NCBI GenBank assembly: GCA_944321165.1
Contig: CALUKE010000007.1
Location: forward strand, 3,961-67,960
DNA length: 64,000 nt
Source of the DNA: an uncultured Odoribacter sp.
GTDB taxonomy: Bacteria; Bacteroidota; Bacteroidia; Bacteroidales; Marinifilaceae
Direction: 5' to 3'
Shown piece after piece: positions 47,899-56,704 of this stretch; positions within the stretch are counted from its first letter, which is position 1; each line of letters opens with the position of its first letter. The notes under the pieces are model-generated. The model was not told the origin of the DNA. It made no database searches and saw only the letters and a list, made by a program, of their open reading frames with translations. The position numbers were made by a program, and so were the translations under genes.

Positions 47899-49245
47899 AT
47901 GTATTCTATTATGAAAAAATTCTTGACTACTTTTATTGGGGTATTGTTTTGCTCATTAGCGGTTTTTGCTGGCGACGGGATTTATGAGAAGCTGCAACGG
48001 ATACCGCAGATCAGCGATATTCAGAAAATGCAAGTTAAACCTTTTCAGGAGTATTATCAATTTTGGTTTGAACAACCGATAGACCATGCTGATCCGTCTA
48101 AGGGAACCTTCAAGCAAAAAGTACTTTTGGGTCATAAGCAACTGGAGGCTCCCGTTGTTGTGGAATTGGAGGGATACAATATCTGGTCGCCGAACGAAGG
48201 CGAGCTGTCCCATCTTTTGAAGGGAAACCAACTGACCGTTGAACACCGTTTTTTTGACCAAAGTGTACCGGAAGGCGGAATTCCCTGGGAATATCTTACG
48301 ATCAAACAGGCGGCGGACGACCACCATGAAATTATACAGACATTGAAAAAGGCCCTTTATCCGGATTCCAAATGGGTGACTACCGGTATCAGCAAAGGCG
48401 GGCAGACGACGATATTCCACCGTTATTTTTATCCGGAGGATGTGGATGTGAGTGTACCGTATGTCGCTCCTTTGAATTTGTCCTATGTAGATCCGCGTTT
48501 GGAAAAATTTCTGGATAAATTGGGCACACCCAAAAGTGGTATTAAATCTTTTTTCGGGGGAGAAGATCTGAACAATTGTCATTATTTGATTCGGGATTTT
48601 CAGATCATGTGTTTTGAGCACCTGGACGTTTTGTTGCCTTTATTGGAAAAACTGGCTGCCGAAAAGGGGTATACTTATCAGAGGGTGGGTGGAACCCAAA
48701 GAGCGTTGCAATTGATGATATTGGAATATCCGTTTGCCTTCTGGCAGTGGGGAAATAACTGTGCGGATATCCCCAGTCAGGAGAGTGAGGATTGGCAGGA
48801 AATTTTCGATTATCTGGCGAAAGTCTCTTCTCCGGACTTTTTTGACGACCAGTATATTGTCCGGATGCAGCCTTTCTTTTATGCGGCTCTGACAGAAATC
48901 GGCATGTATGATTATAATATAAAACCGTTCAAAAAATATTTCCCGGCAGACGAGAAGAACATTGATTTCTCTTTTACCATGCCGGATGGGGCAGAGAAGA
49001 AGCCTTTTAATGAGAAACAGATGCGGGCAATTGCTGAATGGTTGCAGACGGATGCAGAGAAAATGCTGTTCGTCTATGGGGGCAGCGATCCCTGGTATGC
49101 TACCGGAGTCGATCTCAAGAAAAATGGAAAATGTCGGAAATATGTACGGGGAGATATGAGTCATGCTTGTCGGATCAAGGATTTTGATCCGGTTTCTCGG
49201 GAAGATCTGATCGATACGTTGACGGAATGGTTGCAGGAGAAATGA
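47899..49245 (+). CDS. S28-like (or S37-like) serine peptidase, alpha/beta hydrolase fold
   Basis: 448 aa with a signal peptide, an F.Q.IDH..........F.QKV N-terminal motif and a GISKGG nucleophile elbow. Family assignment is from memory. The start could be 47911. Confidence 0.65.
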   Translation: MYSIMKKFLTTFIGVLFCSLAVFAGDGIYEKLQRIPQISDIQKMQVKPFQEYYQFWFEQPIDHADPSKGTFKQKVLLGHKQLEAPVVVELEGYNIWSPNEGELSHLLKGNQLTVEHRFFDQSVPEGGIPWEYLTIKQAADDHHEIIQTLKKALYPDSKWVTTGISKGGQTTIFHRYFYPEDVDVSVPYVAPLNLSYVDPRLEKFLDKLGTPKSGIKSFFGGEDLNNCHYLIRDFQIMCFEHLDVLLPLLEKLAAEKGYTYQRVGGTQRALQLMILEYPFAFWQWGNNCADIPSQESEDWQEIFDYLAKVSSPDFFDDQYIVRMQPFFYAALTEIGMYDYNIKPFKKYFPADEKNIDFSFTMPDGAEKKPFNEKQMRAIAEWLQTDAEKMLFVYGGSDPWYATGVDLKKNGKCRKYVRGDMSHACRIKDFDPVSREDLIDTLTEWLQEK

Positions 49246-50321
49246 AGACAGAGGAAAGAGGACCTTTGTCGGGTTTGGTGACGGTGAAGGCGGATTGGGA
49301 TACGCCTGCGGTGATTATTCTGGATCAGACCGAGTTGCCGAATCGGGAGGTGTATGTCCGGTTGACGACTCCGGAAGCCTTGTGGAAGGCGATTTATCAT
49401 TTGAAAGTGCGGGGCGCTCCGGCCATCGGAGTGGCTGTCGCATATGGCGTGGCGGTTTGTATGCGGCCGTTTGCCGATGCTCCCTTCGCGGATTTCTTCC
49501 GACATTTTGTGGAGTTGAAAAAATACCTGGCGACTTCCCGCCCTACGGCAGTCAATCTTTTTACGGCCCTTGACCGGATGGAAAAATGTATTTTGCAGCA
49601 TCGGGATCTTCCGACTCCGGAGATCGTGATCTGTTTGCAACGGGAATCGGAAGCGATACGGGCGGAGGATGCCGGTGCCTGTCGCAGGATTGGGGCGTGG
49701 GGATTGGGATTGTTGACGCCGGGGATGGGGCTGCTGACTCATTGCAATGCCGGACATTTGGCGGTTTCTGAATACGGTACGGCACTGGCACCGATTTACC
49801 TGGGGCAGGAGCGAGGGTATCAGTTTCGGGTCTTTGCCGATGAAACGCGGCCCTTGCTGCAGGGTGCCCGTCTGACGGCCTACGAATTGCAGAAAGCGGG
49901 GGTGGACGTAACGCTGATCTGTGATAACATGGCCTCCGTCGTGATGAAGAAAGGATGGGTACAGGCCGTACTGGTGGGATGCGACCGGGTGGCGGCAAAC
50001 GGAGACGTCGCCAATAAAATCGGTACTTCCGGGGTGGCTGTCCTGGCCCGGTATTACGGTATTCCCTTTTATGTATTGGGTCCTACTTCAACGGTCGATC
50101 TGGCCTGTCCCCGAGGAGAAGAGATCGTCATCGAGGAACGGAAGCCGGAAGAAATTACGGAGAAATGGTATGCCCGCCGCATGGCTCCTGCCGGAATTCA
50201 CGTGTACAATCCGGCCTTTGATGTCACTTCCCACGAATTGGTATCGGCCATTATCACTGAACGGGGGATCGCTTATCCCCCATACGCGGAGACACTTCCC
50301 GGGTTAGTCCGGAGTCGATAA
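49242..50321 (+). CDS. mtnA: S-methyl-5-thioribose-1-phosphate isomerase
   Basis: ATG 49242 overlaps the preceding stop (ATGA). It has the eIF-2B-alpha/beta/delta-like fold motifs VRGAPAIG, RPTAVNL, THCNAG and GCDRVAANGDVANKIGT. Confidence 0.85.
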   Translation: MKTEERGPLSGLVTVKADWDTPAVIILDQTELPNREVYVRLTTPEALWKAIYHLKVRGAPAIGVAVAYGVAVCMRPFADAPFADFFRHFVELKKYLATSRPTAVNLFTALDRMEKCILQHRDLPTPEIVICLQRESEAIRAEDAGACRRIGAWGLGLLTPGMGLLTHCNAGHLAVSEYGTALAPIYLGQERGYQFRVFADETRPLLQGARLTAYELQKAGVDVTLICDNMASVVMKKGWVQAVLVGCDRVAANGDVANKIGTSGVAVLARYYGIPFYVLGPTSTVDLACPRGEEIVIEERKPEEITEKWYARRMAPAGIHVYNPAFDVTSHELVSAIITERGIAYPPYAETLPGLVRSR

Positions 50322-51548
50322 TCGGGTTTCCAGTTCTTCGCAGATGATCCGGGTGGCTCCCAGTTGGGCGTTTACATAGGCTGCCGCCTTTTGGCCGGCG
50401 GCCTCTGCGATGGAGGGATGTTGGATCAGACTGTCCAGTAACTCGGAAAGTTCCCGGCTGTTGGAAATACTGAATCCCCCTCCTTCCCGGATCAGACTGA
50501 CTGCTTCATTGAATTTCTGGTATTTGGGACCGAAGATCACCGGAATTCCATAGACCGCCGCTTCGAGGGTATTGTGGATACCGACTCCGAATCCCCCTCC
50601 GATATAGCTGATCCGTCCGTAGCGGTAAACCGAAGAAAGAAATCCGATGCGGTCGATTACCAGTACGTCATAATCAGCCAGATGGCTCTCTTCGGAACTG
50701 TAGCGGACGATCTTTTTCCGACATTTTTCCAGAATCGTCTTGATATGACTTTCTCCGATTTCATGTGGGACTAATATCCATTTATAGTTTCCGGCATGCC
50801 GGTTGATGTATTCCAGCAGTATCTCTTCGTCCGGGGGCCAGGTGCTGCCACAAACCACCGCGGCCTGGCCATGGCAGAATTGTTCCACCTTATCGATCTG
50901 CCTGGCGCTGGAGGCGATTTGTTTGACCCGGTCGAAGCGGGTATCTCCGGTGAGTTGTGCCTTAGAAATGCCGATGGATGCCAACAGACGTACAGACTGT
51001 TCGTCCTGTACAAATAGTTTTTGGAAACATGAAAGCATTTGCCGGTGTAATCTTCCCCACTTTTGGAAAAATGGCTGTTCGGGACGGAAAATGGCTGAAA
51101 TCAGGTAGGCCGGAATTTTTCTGATCTGCAATTCATGCAAATAATGATACCAGAATTCATATTTGATGAACACCGCAGCATCCGGACGGAATTTTTCGAT
51201 CATTCGGATGGCGTTGCTTTTGGTATCTCCCGGCAGATAGAAAATGTAGTCCGCCCCCGGATAATTTTTCCGAACTTCATATCCGGACGGAGAAAAAAAG
51301 GTCAACAGTATCCGGGTATCGGGTACGGCTGCTTTCAAGGCTTCCATGACCGGACGTCCCTGTTCGAATTCACCGAGGGAGGCGGCATGGAACCAGACCA
51401 AACGTCCCGGTTTCCGTTCTATCTCTTGGATTTTTTTCCAGCTTTCCTTTCTCCCTTTGCTCAATAAGGCGGCCTTTTCATTGAAGGGGGCTGCCAGCCG
51501 GATGGCCAGATTGTAACTCCGGATGCCGATGTCGTATAAAAACGTCAT
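50304..51548 (-). CDS. waaA: 3-deoxy-D-manno-octulosonic acid (Kdo) transferase
   Basis: 414 aa. LY........L......R and WFHAASLGE are present, along with a GT30-type C-terminal domain. Its 3' end overlaps mtnA tail-to-tail by 18 nt. Confidence 0.9.
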   Translation of the reverse strand: MTFLYDIGIRSYNLAIRLAAPFNEKAALLSKGRKESWKKIQEIERKPGRLVWFHAASLGEFEQGRPVMEALKAAVPDTRILLTFFSPSGYEVRKNYPGADYIFYLPGDTKSNAIRMIEKFRPDAAVFIKYEFWYHYLHELQIRKIPAYLISAIFRPEQPFFQKWGRLHRQMLSCFQKLFVQDEQSVRLLASIGISKAQLTGDTRFDRVKQIASSARQIDKVEQFCHGQAAVVCGSTWPPDEEILLEYINRHAGNYKWILVPHEIGESHIKTILEKCRKKIVRYSSEESHLADYDVLVIDRIGFLSSVYRYGRISYIGGGFGVGIHNTLEAAVYGIPVIFGPKYQKFNEAVSLIREGGGFSISNSRELSELLDSLIQHPSIAEAAGQKAAAYVNAQLGATRIICEELETRLSTPD

Positions 51549-51705
51549 AATGATGGTTTAAATTTGCAGCAACAAAATTATAAATAAAACTCAAACGTTT
51601 TACTCTTCTTCGACGCCTTTTCCCGTTGTCTGCCGGCTTTTCGTTTTTACGGGGGAGTTTAACATTTTTCTTCCGTATTCCTGTTTTCTTTTCATTTTTA
51701 CTTCT

Positions 51706-51713
51706 TATCTTTG
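51706..51713 (+). promoter_or_regulatory. -7 box (TATCTTTG) candidate for the metK leader
   Basis: It matches TAnnTTTG. There is no clean TTTG at -33. It sits ~12 nt upstream of the riboswitch-like element. Confidence 0.3.
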
Positions 51714-51725
51714 CGCCCGTCAATG

Positions 51726-51775
51726 TGGAAAGATTTGGCTGATTGCAACCACAGAAAAAAATTGCTAAAATGCAT
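51726..51775 (+). ncRNA. SAM-II-like riboswitch candidate in the metK leader
   Basis: GGAAAGAUUUGGCUGAUUGCAACCACAGAAAAAAAUUGCUAAAAUGC shares the ordered blocks GAUUU / AUUGCAA / A-rich / GCUAAAA with the SAM-II (metA/metX motif) aptamer as I remember it. It is located upstream of the SAM synthetase gene. Confidence 0.4.
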
Positions 51776-51824
51776 ACACTTCTGAATTCAACCATCCATT
51801 CACTTTCCCGTATATTAATTTCCG

Positions 51825-51884
51825 ATTTTAGATTTACGCGGTACGTTGTTTGGTGTGCGTGATCTTTAATCAAAAATCTAAAAT
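51825..51884 (+). promoter_or_regulatory. Long-range hairpin occluding the A-rich region just upstream of the metK start codon
   Basis: ATTTTAGATTT (51825-51835) is perfectly complementary to AAATCTAAAAT (51874-51884). The 3' arm ends 6 nt before ATG 51891. Confidence 0.4.
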
Positions 51885-51890
51885 TAAATT

Positions 51891-53195
51891 ATGGGATATT
51901 TATTTACTTCAGAATCTGTATCGGAGGGACATCCGGATAAAGTGGCCGATCAGATTTCGGATGCGGTTCTGGACCGGATTTTGGCATTCGATCCGGAGGC
52001 AAAAGTGGCTTGCGAGACCTTGGTCACGACGGGACAGACTGTCATCGCAGGTGAAATCAAAACGAAGACTTATGTGGATGTACAGCGTGTAGCCCGTGAG
52101 GTTATCAATGAAATCGGTTACACCAAGAGTGAATACATGTTCGATGGGAACAGTTGCGGGGTTCTCTCGGCCATTCACGAACAGTCGCCGGACATCAACC
52201 GGGGGGTCGTACGGGAAGATCCCATGGAACAAGGGGCCGGCGATCAGGGGATGATGTTCGGGTATGCTTGTAACGAGACCGATAATTACATGCCCTTGTC
52301 CCTGGAACTGGCGCATCTTTTACTCAAAGAACTGGCGAAGATTCGGAAGGAGGGGCAATTGATGCAGTACTTGCGTCCGGATTCCAAGTCTCAGGTGACG
52401 ATCGAATACGGGGAAGACGGGAAGCCGTTGCGGATTCATACCATAGTAATCTCGACCCAGCATGATGATTTTATCAAACCGCTCAATGAGACGGAGGAGG
52501 CCCAGTTGAAAGCCGATCAGGCAATGGTGGAATGGATCCGCAAGGATATTGTCGACATACTTTTGCCACGGGTAAAAGCACAGTTGCCGAGAAGAGTGCA
52601 GGCTTTGTTCGACAAGAATCTGATTTTGTTTGTGAATCCGACGGGAAAATTCGTGATTGGAGGTCCTCATGGAGATACCGGTTTGACGGGCAGAAAGATA
52701 ATTGTGGATACTTATGGCGGGAAAGGGGCTCATGGCGGAGGTGCTTTTTCGGGGAAAGATCCGTCGAAGGTAGATCGTTCTGCTGCCTATGCGGCCCGGC
52801 ATATTGCCAAGAATATGGTTGCTGCCGGTCTGGCGGATGAAATTTTGATACAGATTTCCTATGCGATCGGAGTGGCTCGGCCTGTCGGCGTTTATGTCAA
52901 TACTTACGGGACATCAAAAGTCAATCTGACCGATGCGGAAATCGCCGAGAAAGTAGGCGAGATTTTTGATCTTCGTCCGAGGGCAATCGTTGAACGGTTG
53001 AAATTGTGTAATCCCATTTATCAGGAGACAGCCAGTTATGGACATATGGGGCGCCAACCGGAAATCGTGAAAAAAGTGTTTACCTCTAATTATTGGCCGA
53101 CGGTGGAAAAAGAAGTGGAACTTTTCACCTGGGAAAAATTGGATTACGTCTCCCAACTCAAGGAAGCTTTCCAGGAATACAGGAAAAATTCCTAG
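51891..53195 (+). CDS. metK: S-adenosylmethionine synthetase
   Basis: 434 aa. [24 protein letters not shown] and [15 protein letters not shown] are present. Confidence 0.95.
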   Translation: MGYLFTSESVSEGHPDKVADQISDAVLDRILAFDPEAKVACETLVTTGQTVIAGEIKTKTYVDVQRVAREVINEIGYTKSEYMFDGNSCGVLSAIHEQSPDINRGVVREDPMEQGAGDQGMMFGYACNETDNYMPLSLELAHLLLKELAKIRKEGQLMQYLRPDSKSQVTIEYGEDGKPLRIHTIVISTQHDDFIKPLNETEEAQLKADQAMVEWIRKDIVDILLPRVKAQLPRRVQALFDKNLILFVNPTGKFVIGGPHGDTGLTGRKIIVDTYGGKGAHGGGAFSGKDPSKVDRSAAYAARHIAKNMVAAGLADEILIQISYAIGVARPVGVYVNTYGTSKVNLTDAEIAEKVGEIFDLRPRAIVERLKLCNPIYQETASYGHMGRQPEIVKKVFTSNYWPTVEKEVELFTWEKLDYVSQLKEAFQEYRKNS

Positions 53196-53220
53196 TTCGG
53201 AACAGATAATAGAAAAGATG

Positions 53221-53250
53221 GGGCTGTGTCTTACGACGTAGCCCTTTTTT
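53221..53250 (+). terminator. Rho-independent terminator after metK
   Basis: 10 bp stem GGGCTGTGTC/GACGTAGCCC (two G-U pairs) with a TTAC loop, followed by TTTTTT. Confidence 0.7.
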
Positions 53251-53348
53251 GGCTTGTGTTCAAGGGTCCACAAAGTGATCACACCATAGAAATAAACTTT
53301 ATTAAGATAATTTCTTCTCCATTTACTCCACGTTGAAAGTTTACAGAA

Positions 53349-53394
53349 TTTAACAAAAAGGCAATAAAAGGCAATGAAAAGATAATGGAATGCC
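53349..53394 (+). promoter_or_regulatory. Cluster-specific upstream motif, copy A (18-mer + decamer repeat + GAATGCC)
   Basis: TTTAACAAAAAGGCAATA (53349-53366), a tandem decamer AAAGGCAATG (53367-53376), then GAATGCC after 11 nt (53388-53394). A -7-like TAAACTTG lies at 53419-53426. Confidence 0.45.
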
Positions 53395-53447
53395 TATAGT
53401 TGTTTCGGGGATTACTCCTAAACTTGTATGAAATAAAAGTGATATTC

Positions 53448-54701
53448 ATGAAGGTTGTTGTAGTTTCCGGGATGGTTGCTCTTTTTGTGTGTCGGTTTAG
53501 GATGCAGGCTTCGGTGATGGCAAGTGTATTGGTCGTTTCTACACTGATGTTTATCGGGATGCTTGGGGTACTTTCTTTGTGGGATAGTGAGCATTTGCTC
53601 GCTTCCCGTTATTTTTTTCAGGGACAGCAAAGAGCGCATTTATCGTCTGCTGTTGTAAAATATTGTCAGGACACTTCTTTTTGTATCGGTTTCGGACAGG
53701 ATACCTCCCTGATGCTTTTTCCCGGACTGTTGAGCTCGGAAGTCGGGTTTTGCCGGAAACGCTGGGGATTGTATGAAACATTGGTGTTGATGGCCGGTGA
53801 TGAGAAAAAATGTTGTCTGATGGGAAAAGCAGATGAAGGTTACAGCCGGGCTGCCCTGTATCTTCCGGAACGGCGGCGTACGCTTTCGATTGCGGGTAAA
53901 AGCCAGGTAACAGGGAAGTTGTATATTGGAAGTCAGGGTGTCGCTTATACACAGCTAAGATCGAAATTTTTCGACGGCACGCCTATTGCACCTTCCGACA
54001 TCTGCCGGAGCGGAGAAACGCTTCCGCCGCCGGCTCCTGAAATCATCGCTTATGTCAGGGAATTGTTCCGATGTGCTACAGAGGAATGGCCTGAGGCGGA
54101 AAGCTTCGGACAGGCTACGTTTGCCGGTCCGGTAGAATATCGTCGGATCGGACAGGAAATTGGAACGATGGAATTGGCAGGTCCTTATGTGTTATGTTCT
54201 ACCGATTCGCTATATATCCGAGGCGATTGCCGGTTAAGGGGAGTTATCATTGTTGCTGGGAAAGTGTGCATTGGCAGCGGTTTTCAGGGGGCGGTACAGG
54301 TTTTTGCCCGGGATGCTATTTGGCTTGAAGAACGAGTTGTTTTACAGGCTGGATCAGGATTGTGGGTGAACGGTGGCACTCCTCGGCGTTCGGTTCGGCT
54401 GGAGGAAAATTGTCGGGTGGAAGGTTATATCGTGGTGGCGGGGAATACGGAACGGTCGGAGTCTCCATATGCACATTACTATCAACCGGCTTCTGCCGAG
54501 GTGAAGGGCTTGGTGTATATTGACGGAATTGCCGATGTGCAGGGAGTTGTCGAGGGAAGCCTGTATGCCGGAGAACTTTATCATTTTGCACCCGAAGGAT
54601 ATTATGCTGATTTGTTTTGCGACTTATCAGTCAGCCGTTCTCCAGGTACGGTGTATCCGTTTCTGATGAGAGGACCGGTAGAAAGGAGGGAAATAAAATG
54701 A
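53448..54701 (+). CDS. GspK/PilX-like N-terminal anchor fused to a bactofilin-like beta-helix region (hypothetical)
   Basis: The start is uncertain (TTG 53400, ATG 53448 or ATG 53502). The hydrophobic N-terminus RMQASVMASVLVVSTLMFIGMLGVLSL resembles the PilX_N/GspK anchor without Glu+5. The C-terminal half has repeated V.G.V.V.G strands (GKVCIGSGFQGAVQVFA.., VEGYIVVAGN, GLVYIDGIADVQGVVEGSLYAG). It overlaps the next gene by ATGA. Confidence 0.5.
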   Translation: MKVVVVSGMVALFVCRFRMQASVMASVLVVSTLMFIGMLGVLSLWDSEHLLASRYFFQGQQRAHLSSAVVKYCQDTSFCIGFGQDTSLMLFPGLLSSEVGFCRKRWGLYETLVLMAGDEKKCCLMGKADEGYSRAALYLPERRRTLSIAGKSQVTGKLYIGSQGVAYTQLRSKFFDGTPIAPSDICRSGETLPPPAPEIIAYVRELFRCATEEWPEAESFGQATFAGPVEYRRIGQEIGTMELAGPYVLCSTDSLYIRGDCRLRGVIIVAGKVCIGSGFQGAVQVFARDAIWLEERVVLQAGSGLWVNGGTPRRSVRLEENCRVEGYIVVAGNTERSESPYAHYYQPASAEVKGLVYIDGIADVQGVVEGSLYAGELYHFAPEGYYADLFCDLSVSRSPGTVYPFLMRGPVERREIK

Positions 54702-55057
54702 GAATGGAAAAGTCTGTCTGGAGGGCCTCTTCCTTACCGGAATGTGTCGTAGCTTCTGTCATCCTGATGACGGTTTTCTTGTTGTCAGTAGAGATTCTTG
54801 TCCGACTGGCGGGTAAAGTGGAAGAACAGGAATCTGTTGTGGCTTTATCGGCTGCTTTGCAGGAGGGATTGTACGAACTGGATGACGGTGCTCATGTCGA
54901 GGGAGACTATACTTTTATTTATGGGGAGATCCGGGTAGAAGCTTCTCTATCCCTGTACGATGACCGTATTCAGCAACTTGTACTGACGGCTTGGCCGGAG
55001 CGGGGCGGTAGTTGTGTCAAACGTTACCATTTAATCCGAAAAGCAGATGGACACTGA
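54698..55057 (+). CDS. Minor (pseudo)pilin with degenerate class III signal
   Basis: ATG 54698 gives MRMEKSVWRA/SSLPECVVASVILMTVFLLSV, with Glu at +5 after a small residue followed by a hydrophobic helix. 119 aa, GspI-like in size. Confidence 0.6.
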   Translation: MRMEKSVWRASSLPECVVASVILMTVFLLSVEILVRLAGKVEEQESVVALSAALQEGLYELDDGAHVEGDYTFIYGEIRVEASLSLYDDRIQQLVLTAWPERGGSCVKRYHLIRKADGH

Positions 55058-55481
55058 TTCTATACCGGCATGGACATTACCGGAACTGTTGATTGTTATG
55101 ATTTTGTCCGGTCTTATTTTTTTAGCTGTGTTAGACGCGACCAATCTTGTCGGGCGTTTTTCCGTTTATCTCACGGAACGCTGGAGGCGTACGGAAGGAG
55201 AGCTGTCTGCCTGTTGTCAGTTGGATGAACTGATAAGCCGTACCGACAGTATTGTCGTACAGGATGTTGGTTTACAACTTTATTGTCGGGATACTCCCTT
55301 GGCTGTTTTGCAGGTGTCCGATGACAGTCTGTTGTGTTGTGATTACCGGAATAGAGAAGATACCTTGTTGCGCTGTGTGGAAAAGATGACGCTACATGGG
55401 GATACTTTGATTTTACAATTTTGCCATCCCCGGGGGAAAATCCGGTATCGTTGGAATATTCATAGAACTGTATGGCCATGA
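55047..55481 (+). CDS. Minor (pseudo)pilin with prepilin-type N-terminal signal
   Basis: MDTDSIPA/WTLPELLIVMILSGLIFLAV, with Glu at +5. 144 aa. It overlaps both neighbouring genes. Confidence 0.65.
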   Translation: MDTDSIPAWTLPELLIVMILSGLIFLAVLDATNLVGRFSVYLTERWRRTEGELSACCQLDELISRTDSIVVQDVGLQLYCRDTPLAVLQVSDDSLLCCDYRNREDTLLRCVEKMTLHGDTLILQFCHPRGKIRYRWNIHRTVWP

Positions 55482-56530
55482 GCAGGAATGTTAAACCTTT
55501 GAAAGAATCGAAGAAAGAGATGTTGTTTTCCGGATTGCATGTTTTGTTGACTGCCGGATTGGATTTCAGCCATTCTTTCCGGTTATTGATCGAGGAAGAA
55601 AAAGAGGAGAAAATTCGTTTACTGTTGAAAGAAATTTACGCTTCGGTGGTTGCTGGGAATACGTTGAACGAAAGTTTTGCCCGAAGCAGGCAATTCGGTG
55701 CATTGGATTGCGGTGTGTTGCGTATTGGGGAAGAGACGGGGCGTATAGCCGAAGCATTGGTTTTCCTGGCGGATTATTATCGTAAGCGGATCGAACAGCG
55801 TCGGATGATTTCGGGTGCGGTAAGTTATCCGCTTATCATCTTGGTGACAGCCTTGGTTGTTTTGGTGTTTATGGTTACTGTCATTGTGCCTATGTTCGAG
55901 CAGGTATATGCCCGTATGGGCAGTGAGCTGCCCTGGCTGACACGCCGGATTATCATTTTTTCACGTTACATGCCAAGCATATTGTTGGGAATGGGAGGAA
56001 TAGCCACAGTTGTTGGCTGTTGTTTTTATCATTGGCGTAAATGCAATGCTGTGCAGGCTTTTCTGGCTGCCGTGATATTGAAGTTGCCGCTTATTGGTGC
56101 GGTGGTCCGGCAGAATCAGCAAGCTCGGTTTTGTAAATTGCTCCGATTGCTTTATGGTTCCGGCGTACCCTTGTTGCATGCTTTGGAATTGTTGCGGGAC
56201 ATCATTACTTTTTATCCTTACAGTCGGTCTTTTGGTGTGATTGGGGAGGAACTTCGCCGGGGTGGTTTGTTTGCTGCCGGATTGGCTCGCTTCCCGCATA
56301 TATATGATCGTAAACTATGCGCTCTACTCCGTGTGGGAGAAGAAACAAACCATCTGGGAGAGATGTTGGGACGTCAGGGAGATATGCTTACCCGGGAACT
56401 CGAACATCGGTTGAAACAATTGGGTGGTTTTCTGGAACCTGTGTTGATTTTGGGTGTGGGTGGATTGGTTGCCTTGGTGTTGATTGCTATGTATTTGCCA
56501 ATGTTTAAATTAGGGAGTACGATCGGATAA
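55472..56530 (+). CDS. Type II secretion / type IV pilus platform protein (GspF/PilC family)
   Basis: 352 aa with two T2SSF-like repeats (L..G..L..SF........G....L..IGEE.G.....L and LL..G.PLL.AL.....I..............L..G......L and LLRVGEETN.L..ML) and three TM segments. Confidence 0.9.
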   Translation: MAMSRNVKPLKESKKEMLFSGLHVLLTAGLDFSHSFRLLIEEEKEEKIRLLLKEIYASVVAGNTLNESFARSRQFGALDCGVLRIGEETGRIAEALVFLADYYRKRIEQRRMISGAVSYPLIILVTALVVLVFMVTVIVPMFEQVYARMGSELPWLTRRIIIFSRYMPSILLGMGGIATVVGCCFYHWRKCNAVQAFLAAVILKLPLIGAVVRQNQQARFCKLLRLLYGSGVPLLHALELLRDIITFYPYSRSFGVIGEELRRGGLFAAGLARFPHIYDRKLCALLRVGEETNHLGEMLGRQGDMLTRELEHRLKQLGGFLEPVLILGVGGLVALVLIAMYLPMFKLGSTIG

Positions 56531-56704
56531 TCCGGTTAATTGCGATATTTTCTGTTTTTATATCGGTTGTTCTGCAAATGAAGGCATTCATTCGTGGAAT
56601 ATGTATATCTCGTTGATGAAAATGGATGGTAAGTTTGTAAAATTCATTTATCATAGTTAATGTTAATAGTGGTAATAAAAACTTAACTATTGACAATAAA
56701 CTGT

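Noticed and set aside
50304-50321. 18-nt tail-to-tail overlap of mtnA and waaA.
   Set aside because: Convergent 3' overlaps of this size are common, and nothing else is unusual here.
51478-51873. 131-aa minus-strand ORF in the waaA-metK intergenic region.
   Set aside because: Its translation is Lys/Arg-rich and low-complexity, and its 3' portion runs antisense into the waaA 5' coding end. The region is better explained as the metK promoter and leader.
56505-56696. 63-aa minus-strand ORF between the GspF-like gene and the regulator gene.
   Set aside because: It is short, antisense to the operon direction, AT-rich and without a recognisable motif. The region contains the regulator's TAAGTTTG -7 box (56630-56637) and the AATGAAGGCATTCATT palindrome.
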